Of a DNA stretch of 25,027 nt, positions 1 through 5,560 are shown piece after piece; the stretch's first letter is position 1, and each line of letters starts with the position of its first letter. Both the position numbers and the translations under genes were made by a program. Below the pieces are notes generated by a model. It was given only the letters and a program-made list of their open reading frames with translations. It was not told the origin of the DNA and ran no database searches. Source of the DNA: an uncultured Methanosarcinales archaeon (GTDB lineage: Archaea > Nanobdellota > Nanobdellia > Woesearchaeales > GW2011-AR9); assembly GCA_964540325.1 (NCBI GenBank), contig CAZIMI010000001.1, forward strand, positions 1 to 25,027. The letters are read 5' to 3'.

Positions 1-37
1 AGTACCAACCTAAAAATTCTGCAATTTCATCATTCAT
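1..37 (-). CDS. 5' end of a gene running off the window edge (MNDEIAEFLGWY...)
   Basis: ATG at 37-35, preceded 5 nt upstream by GAGGTGA (plus strand 43-49 tcacctc). Only 12 codons are visible, so no product can be assigned. Confidence 0.6.
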   Translation of the reverse strand, partial: MNDEIAEFLGWY

Positions 38-303
38 TTAAATCACCTCTTTGTTTCCACTCATTAAAATAAAGAGTTTTTCGAAAAAGAGTAAGTTTAG
101 CAGAGCTCATTAAATTTCTTCTTGGTTCCAGACAAAAAGACAAAGTTCTTTTTGGCGTCCTAAAAATGTTTTTTATGCATTTTTATGATACCAAAATAAT
201 TTTATTTAGAGTTTTGCGTCAGCTCCTTTTCATTATTATTACAGAACTAATCATTAATAAACTTTGCCCGCACCTGTCCAGTTGACCAGTGGCTTTTAGA
301 ATT

Positions 304-765
304 CTATTTCTTCTTCATCTCTTTCAACAAACGAATAATCTTATTGAAATCTTTCTGCAACTGTTGATTTTCTCTCTCAGCCTTACGATTAATCGCATGA
401 TCATATTTAGCGTCAATTCTATCTCTTTCGGCTTGCCTGTTCTGACTCATTAAAATAACTGGTGCTTGAATCGCTGCTAAACAAGACAAAACTAAGTTCA
501 AAAGAATAAATGGATATGGATCAAACGGTTTTTTTAATAATACCCAACTATTAAGTCCCATCCAAATAAGTAACAATCCAAAAAAGAGAATAATAAATGT
601 CCAACTACCACCAAACTGAGCAATTGCATCTGCAGCTCTCTGTCCCAGTTTCAATTCTTCTCTAAAAATAGGATGGTGTTCGTGCTTTGTAGGATGATGA
701 TGTTTAGAACTATCTTTCTTATGTAATTTTTTATGTACCTTCTTATGTGGCCTCTTTTTTTGCAT
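304..765 (-). CDS. DUF1003-family membrane protein with a basic/His-rich N-terminus
   Basis: Motifs ADAIAQFGGSWTFI, FDPYPFILLNLVLSCLAAIQAPVILMSQNRQ match my recollection of DUF1003; two hydrophobic segments. Confidence 0.85.
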   Translation of the reverse strand: MQKKRPHKKVHKKLHKKDSSKHHHPTKHEHHPIFREELKLGQRAADAIAQFGGSWTFIILFFGLLLIWMGLNSWVLLKKPFDPYPFILLNLVLSCLAAIQAPVILMSQNRQAERDRIDAKYDHAINRKAERENQQLQKDFNKIIRLLKEMKKK

Positions 766-852
766 GATAATAGAAAATATGTTATCGTTTATATAATTTT
801 TGATTCAAATAAAACAGAATAATTTATAAGTAAAAAAGTAATAATCAATAAA

Positions 853-969
853 ATGAAAGTAGCATTATTAATAATCTTAATAGTAATTGCCAATTTAACA
901 CTGTATTGGGTATTCTATGGTAAGAAGAAATTTGAAGAAAAACTAGAGGTAAAAAGTAATGGCAGATAG
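853..969 (+). CDS. 38-aa single-pass membrane protein (not in the ORF track)
   Basis: Translates to MKVALLIILIVIANLTLYWVFYGKKKFEEKLEVKSNGR*: one hydrophobic stretch followed by KKK. TATA-like TTTATAAG about 25 nt upstream; overlaps the next start at 959. Confidence 0.6.
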   Translation: MKVALLIILIVIANLTLYWVFYGKKKFEEKLEVKSNGR

Positions 970-1471
970 AACTATTGTTTTGGACCACCTCAAATTCAGT
1001 TATGAAGGATTATTTAATGCTACAGAACTTTATGGCTTAGTTCCGGAATTCTTTTACAACAGAAATTGGGACTGGCACGAAAAGATGAATGAAGAACTGG
1101 TCACTCCAGAAGGCAAACAAGTCAAGATGGTTTTTGAACCCTGGAAAAATATAAGTGATTATTATAAAATAAAAATCAGAATGAAAATGAACTTTGTTGA
1201 TATTAAAGATGTTGAAGTTGAACATCAGGGAGAAAATCTTAAACTTAACCAGGGCGTAGTCAGAATTACATTCGATGCATATGTAATTAACGACCGAAAG
1301 AATCTCTGGTCAGAAAAGCCTTTTTACTGGTTTTTAACAGTAATCTTTGACAAATACTTTTTTAAGAAAAATTACCAAAAAAGTGAATATTGGGTCAAAC
1401 ATGATGTTGACGAACTATTATACAAAATAAAATCTTACCTTAATACCTATAAATATATGCACCAGATCTAA
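959..1471 (+). CDS. Hypothetical protein, paralog of the next gene
   Basis: 170-aa ORF with GAGGT at 946-950. Shares blocks with 1477-2085: YEGLF/YKGIF, EEL.T..G, FDAYV..D/FDAWV..D, W..KP. Confidence 0.8.
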   Translation: MADRTIVLDHLKFSYEGLFNATELYGLVPEFFYNRNWDWHEKMNEELVTPEGKQVKMVFEPWKNISDYYKIKIRMKMNFVDIKDVEVEHQGENLKLNQGVVRITFDAYVINDRKNLWSEKPFYWFLTVIFDKYFFKKNYQKSEYWVKHDVDELLYKIKSYLNTYKYMHQI

Positions 1472-1476
1472 GAAAA

Positions 1477-2085
1477 ATGATTAGCGAAATAAATTTTGAA
1501 AAATTACTGCTGATTAACAATCGGCAGTTAAATTATAAAGGTATTTTCCGAGTGGATGAGTTGTTTAGTACAATCAATAGGGCTTTAGAAGAACGTAATT
1601 ATGAAAAAAGGGAAAAGAAAAGTGAAGAATTGATTACAGAAGCTGGTAGAAAAACTTATTTAGAACTTAGACCATTTAAAGAAGCAAGTAACTTTATTAC
1701 CTTAATGATTAAGATTAAAATTAATTTGGATAATGTTACTGAAGTTCTGGAAGAAATTAAAGGTGAAAGAAAAACTTTTCAGCAAGGAAATGTTAATTTT
1801 GTGTTTGATGCCTGGGTCCTTACCGATTATAATAACCGATGGGGAATGAAGCCCTGGTTTTATTTTCTGAAAGGTTTAGTTAATAAATTTCTTCTAAAAA
1901 ACAAGATTGAAGAACAAGCACCAGGAACTTTAGCAGCCGATACTGCTTATATCTATGCCCGGATTAAAAAACTGCTCAACTCTTATCATGGAGAAGAAAG
2001 TAAACAAGTTATAGAAGAAGATGTCCGGAAACAAGTGGAAGAAGAGTTGAAAGAAGAAATTGGGAAAGAACTGAAAGGAAAATAA
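1477..2085 (+). CDS. Hypothetical protein, paralog of the preceding gene, with a charged C-terminal tail
   Basis: 202-aa ORF starting 5 nt after the previous stop; collinear similarity to 959-1471. Confidence 0.8.
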   Translation: MISEINFEKLLLINNRQLNYKGIFRVDELFSTINRALEERNYEKREKKSEELITEAGRKTYLELRPFKEASNFITLMIKIKINLDNVTEVLEEIKGERKTFQQGNVNFVFDAWVLTDYNNRWGMKPWFYFLKGLVNKFLLKNKIEEQAPGTLAADTAYIYARIKKLLNSYHGEESKQVIEEDVRKQVEEELKEEIGKELKGK

Positions 2086-2091
2086 GCTTCA

Positions 2092-3222
2092 TCACCATCT
2101 CAAATATCTATTAACTTCCTTTGTTGAAATTTCCTCTACAAACTTACTTTCCATTTGTTTTAACATCTTTTCCCTAAGTTTGTAAGTGTTAGCATTCCTA
2201 GCATAAGCACACCAACCTTCCAGAAAGTCGTAGATTTGGTCGTATTCAGTTAATTTTAATTCATATTCAAACAACAATTCTTTCAGTTTTCGCTCAAATT
2301 TCCCTAAATTTTTCTTTTTGAGAAGTTTGTGGTAGGGAAATATTCTTAACCCTAAGAATTCAACTCCTTTTTGAAGTAAAATTACTCTTGATTTTTCTGG
2401 ATGTGCTTGTAAAGATAATCTTTCTTGTAGAAATTGATCAATTATTGATTTGTATTTTTCTAGTTTTTTCTTTGAATTATCTAGAATTACAAAATCATCA
2501 ACGTATCTAATGTAATACTTGGCTTTTAGTTTGTGTTTCACAAACTGATCTAGTTCATTAAGATAGACATTCGCAAAGAACTGAGAAGTTAAGTTACCTA
2601 ATGGCATACCTTTGCCTTTTACTTTGGTTTTGTAGTTTGTTAAAATAGTTTTTATTAACCAAAATATTCTTTCATCTTTGATCTTCTTTTTAAGAATTGA
2701 AATTAGAACGTTATGATTAACATCTTCAAAATAATGTTTAATGTCTACTTTTAGAGCATAAGTAATCTTTGTATGATTCTTTGAAACTTTTCTCGCAAAG
2801 TAATCAAATCTTTCTATCGCTTTGAAAGTTCCTTTACCAATTCTGTTAGCGTAAGAATCGTAAATAAACTCTTTTTCCAGAATTGGAGCGATTATGTTAC
2901 ATAAAGCATGATGAACAATCCTGTCTCTAAAAGCAGACTTGCTGATTTTTCTTGTTTTTGGATCACGAAGAATAAAGTTTTCTAAAGGTTTTGGTTTGTA
3001 GATATGGAAAATTAGTTCGTTTCTTAACTTTGATAAGTTTTCTTCCAGCTTTTCTTCAAATTCAATAACATAATCTTTAAGTGTTTTCTTTTTCCTTGCT
3101 TTCTTGAAAGCAAGTTTAAGATTCTGATCAGCACAAAGCTTTGAATAAAGATTATCCACTAAAAAGGTGCAAGCACTTTTTTGGGATCCTAAAAATGATG
3201 GGGGTTGAAAAGTATTCTTCAT
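2092..3222 (-). CDS. DGR reverse transcriptase (RNA-directed DNA polymerase)
   Basis: Motifs FRDRIVHHAL, DIKHYF, GMPLGNLTSQFFANVYL (DGR-type GxxxSQ) and YIRYVDD (YVDD at 2494-2505); no endonuclease domain. The true start may be GTG at 3159 (VDNLYSKL...). Confidence 0.95.
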   Translation of the reverse strand: MKNTFQPPSFLGSQKSACTFLVDNLYSKLCADQNLKLAFKKARKKKTLKDYVIEFEEKLEENLSKLRNELIFHIYKPKPLENFILRDPKTRKISKSAFRDRIVHHALCNIIAPILEKEFIYDSYANRIGKGTFKAIERFDYFARKVSKNHTKITYALKVDIKHYFEDVNHNVLISILKKKIKDERIFWLIKTILTNYKTKVKGKGMPLGNLTSQFFANVYLNELDQFVKHKLKAKYYIRYVDDFVILDNSKKKLEKYKSIIDQFLQERLSLQAHPEKSRVILLQKGVEFLGLRIFPYHKLLKKKNLGKFERKLKELLFEYELKLTEYDQIYDFLEGWCAYARNANTYKLREKMLKQMESKFVEEISTKEVNRYLRW

Positions 3223-3390
3223 ATTTTAAAGTAAAATACTTTTACCTCATTTTTATGATTTCCCATAAAAACTCGCCCTCCAAACAATAATGAGCTACTG
3301 ATAGAATAAGCATAAAAACCTTGCGTAGTGCAAAAAGGGAATTTCATGCCCTTTTGCACGTAAATGCTTCGCATTTCCTGTGCTTGGATT
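3223..3390 (-). ncRNA. Structured TR-RT spacer (Sp) of the DGR RNA
   Basis: Inverted repeats at 3250-3271 (8 bp), 3328-3359 (11 bp with one bulge) and 3362-3376 (6 bp, GAA loop on the minus strand). Position matches the spacer 3' of TR in characterised DGRs. Confidence 0.65.
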
Positions 3391-3476
3391 ATTTGGAGAA
3401 AAGACCCGTTATTGTTTAGGTTATTGTTACCATTAGCATTTGAATTGTTATCTAGATTATTAACGAACAACGCCCT
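3391..3476 (-). repeat. DGR template repeat (TR)
   Basis: Minus strand reads AGG GCG TTG TTC GTT AAT AAT CTA GAT AAC AAT TCA AAT GCT AAT GGT AAC AAT AAC CTA AAC AAT AAC GGG TCT TTT CTC CAA AT, with 12 AAY codons. Aligns without gaps to 4747-4832 (offset 1356). Confidence 0.96.
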
Positions 3477-3730
3477 CCTCAGTAGCCCTCTCGCCTAATA
3501 ATCGCACAAAAAATACGAAAACTTTTGTATTTTTGTGTAGAAATGAAGTATTCTCTTCATTTCATGCACCACCATTTCAGATGCTCAAAGGAACATTGTT
3601 CCTTTGGCACCCCCATGAAAACGCTGTTTCATGGTGGGCAATAGCTGTCGTGATTGAATTTTATGACAAACAAGTATTAGTTCGCCGTAGCGAAAGGACG
3701 TGTAGCCCAAGCACTTCCTATTACCTCTTC
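3477..3730 (-). ncRNA. Hairpin-rich non-coding leader 5' of TR (putative 5' part of the DGR RNA)
   Basis: Stems at 3505-3537, 3540-3563 (9 bp), 3586-3606 (9 bp), 3613-3634 (8 bp) and 3681-3694 (5 bp closing a cUACGg tetraloop on the minus strand). No minus-strand ORF of 60 aa or more. The 5' end is a guess. Confidence 0.55.
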
Positions 3731-3796
3731 AAAAAAGAAGCAACGCAAGGCTCATTTAAAAGAAATATTAACAAGAATAAAAAGCTTTCTAAATTC

Positions 3797-3811
3797 AGAA
3801 ACTTATTTAAA
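3797..3811 (+). promoter_or_regulatory. Putative BRE/TATA promoter of the BRO-N gene
   Basis: AGAAAC-TTATTTAAA, with TTTAAA at 3806-3811, about 26 nt before the ATG at 3837 (leaderless geometry). Confidence 0.4.
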
Positions 3812-3836
3812 CAAATAGTGTCCTAATGCTTAAAGA

Positions 3837-4706
3837 ATGGTAAATGAAAAATCCAGTAAAAGTTTGGTTATTTTTCAGGGAAAAGGAATGAGAAGACTCT
3901 GGTATAATAATCAATGGTGGTTTTCTGTAGTTGACGTTGTTGCTGTCTTAACAGACCAGAAAGATTACTTAAAAGCCAGAAAATATTGGAATAAGCTTAG
4001 CCAAAGGCTAAGAGAGGAAGGAAGTGAGGTGGTGACAAATTGTCACCAACTGAAATTGCCTGCTGCTGATGGGAAATATTATGCTACGGATTGTGCAAAT
4101 ACAGAAACATTGCTAAGGATCGTACAATCAATCCCTTCTAAAAACGCAGAACCTTTCAAAAGATGGCTGGCAAAAGTAGGCTACGAACGTGTCCAAGAGA
4201 TTGAAAATCCTGAATTGGCTCAGAGACGAATGAAAGAACTTTATCGTAAGAAAGGTTATTCTGATGACTGGATTGAAAAACGGGTTCGTGGAATTGCTAT
4301 TCGTGATGAATTAACTGATGAATGGGATAAAAGAGGAGTCCAAACAAAGAAAGAGTATGCAATCCTCACTGCGGAAATTTCCAAAGCCACGTTTGGGTTG
4401 ACACCAGCAGAATATAAAGAATTAAAAGGGTTGGAGAGGGAAAATCTCAGAGATCACATGAATGATTTGGAACTGATTTTTACAATGCTAGGAGAAGCAT
4501 CAACAACAAAAATTGCGCGAAAAAAGAATGCTAAAGGCTTTATAGAAAATAAAGGTGCGGCACAGGAGGGAGGAATTGTTGCTGGTGTTGCACGAAAAGA
4601 ACTTGAGAAAAGAAGTGGTGAAAAAGTAGTTTCTGATGAAAATTATTTGCACTTGTCTGAGAAAAAGAAAAGGAAATTGATTAAGAAGAAAGAACTAAAC
4701 ATCTAA
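3837..4706 (+). CDS. BRO-N domain protein (phage antirepressor-like DNA-binding protein)
   Basis: RRLWYNNQWWFSVVDVVAVLT...YWNKLSQRL...QLKLPAADGKYYATDCAN...IVQSIPSKNAEPFKRWLA is the typical Bro-N family pattern. Confidence 0.85.
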   Translation: MVNEKSSKSLVIFQGKGMRRLWYNNQWWFSVVDVVAVLTDQKDYLKARKYWNKLSQRLREEGSEVVTNCHQLKLPAADGKYYATDCANTETLLRIVQSIPSKNAEPFKRWLAKVGYERVQEIENPELAQRRMKELYRKKGYSDDWIEKRVRGIAIRDELTDEWDKRGVQTKKEYAILTAEISKATFGLTPAEYKELKGLERENLRDHMNDLELIFTMLGEASTTKIARKKNAKGFIENKGAAQEGGIVAGVARKELEKRSGEKVVSDENYLHLSEKKKRKLIKKKELNI

Positions 4707-4721
4707 ATTTTTCAGCGCGAC

Positions 4722-4732
4722 CGCCTACGGCG
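4722..4732 (-). promoter_or_regulatory. GC stem / GTA triloop hairpin just downstream of VR (candidate DGR target-recognition hairpin)
   Basis: Minus strand CGCC-GTA-GGCG, about 15 nt past the VR end and overlapping the target stop codon. The stem is only 4 bp. Confidence 0.5.
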
Positions 4733-5458
4733 TTTTCGGTTGGGCTACTTGGAGAAAAGACCCGCTATAGTCTAGGTTATCGTTACCATAAGCAACTGAA
4801 TCGTAATCTAGATTACCAACGAACAACGCCCTTAGTTGATCTTGAGCAGTATTCTCCAATACGTAAAAGCCCATTGCTTTTTCTGGTTGAGTTCCATCAG
4901 AATCTTTCAAAGCTTCAAAAACGATATCACGATGTTCTTTCAACAAAGCTAAATCATCTTCAAGAGCAGTTCTCCAACCAGAATGGTTTTCAATTTCCTG
5001 TTTAGTTAATAGTTCATTATATTTTCCACTATTACTATCTAACTTAACGCCAGACAAACTGTTATAGTTAACGGATAAAAAGTTTTCATCAAAATCAGAA
5101 TCAATAGTAATATTGAACGTTTTTCTCCATTTTCAGCAACAGAAGTATTAAAATCATCAACTCTTGCCCTAATAATTTCTTTAAAGGTTAAAGGGCGGTA
5201 AATATCGCTTCCATCATCTTTAATAAAAGTTGGGTGGGGAGAATCTGAAACATCAATACAAGCTTCTCTCAATGCTTTTACAGCAAGACCATAAGTATCT
5301 TGAACAGGTAAATGAACATATTTGCCATCAATTAATTGTGAAGAACTTGGCTGAGTTTGAGGCATAGGACTTGGTTCAGGCTTTGCACTAGGCAAATCAT
5401 CTTCCGGCTTCCACATCAAGTGTTCAAGCTGTTCTCTTGGAATATATTTGTCTGACAT
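4725..5458 (-). pseudogene. DGR target gene, split by a frameshift into ORFs 5039-5458 and 4725-5057
   Basis: The upstream frame is open 5458-5039 and the VR-bearing frame is open from 5132 to 4725. The second frame has no ATG upstream of the region they share and reads naturally from ITIDSDFDENFLSVNY, while the first frame degrades after NGEKRS. Total span is 734 nt, not a multiple of 3. Confidence 0.7.
4747..4832 (-). repeat. DGR variable repeat (VR) at the 3' end of the target gene
   Basis: 12 mismatches to TR in 86 nt, all at TR adenines (8 A>G, 4 A>T, 0 A>C). Encodes RALFVGNLDYDSVAYGNDNLDYSGSFLQV versus TR-frame RALFVNNLDNNSNANGNNNLNNNGSFLQI. Confidence 0.96.
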
Positions 5459-5560
5459 TTTAATGAATTTTGTTCGTTAGTTATAACTTTATTATAGAAA
5501 AATAGCAAGTTCTTTATAAACTTTTAGTTATTTAGAAGTAGTAACTTCAACAAAAGCGAA

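Larger units (their letters stand above)
2092..5458 (-). mobile_element. Diversity-generating retroelement cassette (target/VR - BRO-N antisense - leader - TR - spacer - RT)
   Basis: RT gene plus a TR/VR pair with strictly adenine-specific mismatches, all on the minus strand. Outer boundaries are approximate; no target-site duplication found. Confidence 0.95.

Noticed and set aside
1-37. AEFLGWY resembles the first helix of a LAGLIDADG domain
   Set aside because: Only 12 codons lie inside the window, and the diagnostic DG residues are not visible.
2092-3222. RT as a group II intron, retron or CRISPR-associated RT
   Set aside because: It has no endonuclease domain, no cas genes or array nearby, and no intron domain V recognised. 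The GNLTSQ motif and adenine-specific TR/VR pair fit a DGR.
3219-3470. 83-aa Asn-rich ORF, with an ATGA overlap on the RT's first ATG
   Set aside because: This is the TR read in the VR frame (AAY-rich and stop-free by design), running on into the spacer. The GAGGAGG upstream is only 3 nt from the TTG, and the RT probably starts at 3159. Translation cannot be fully excluded.
3274-3478. Direct repeat CGCCCTCC at 3274-3281 and 3471-3478
   Set aside because: It is only 8 nt with no extension, and I cannot assign a role. Worth rechecking in a covariance analysis.
3533-3826. 97-aa plus-strand ORF as a possible Avd or accessory protein
   Set aside because: It is on the wrong strand for avd, has a non-ATG start and no RBS, runs through a series of palindromes, and shows no helical-bundle pattern.
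5039-5110. Hydrophobic tail ILLLILILM as a transmembrane anchor of a separate upstream protein
   Set aside because: It is most simply the out-of-frame reading of AT-rich ITIDSDFDENF codons after the frameshift.
2086-5560. Target-site duplication or terminal repeats around the DGR
   Set aside because: Only a 5-6 nt resemblance (gcttca / acttca) is present, which is expected by chance in AT-rich DNA.
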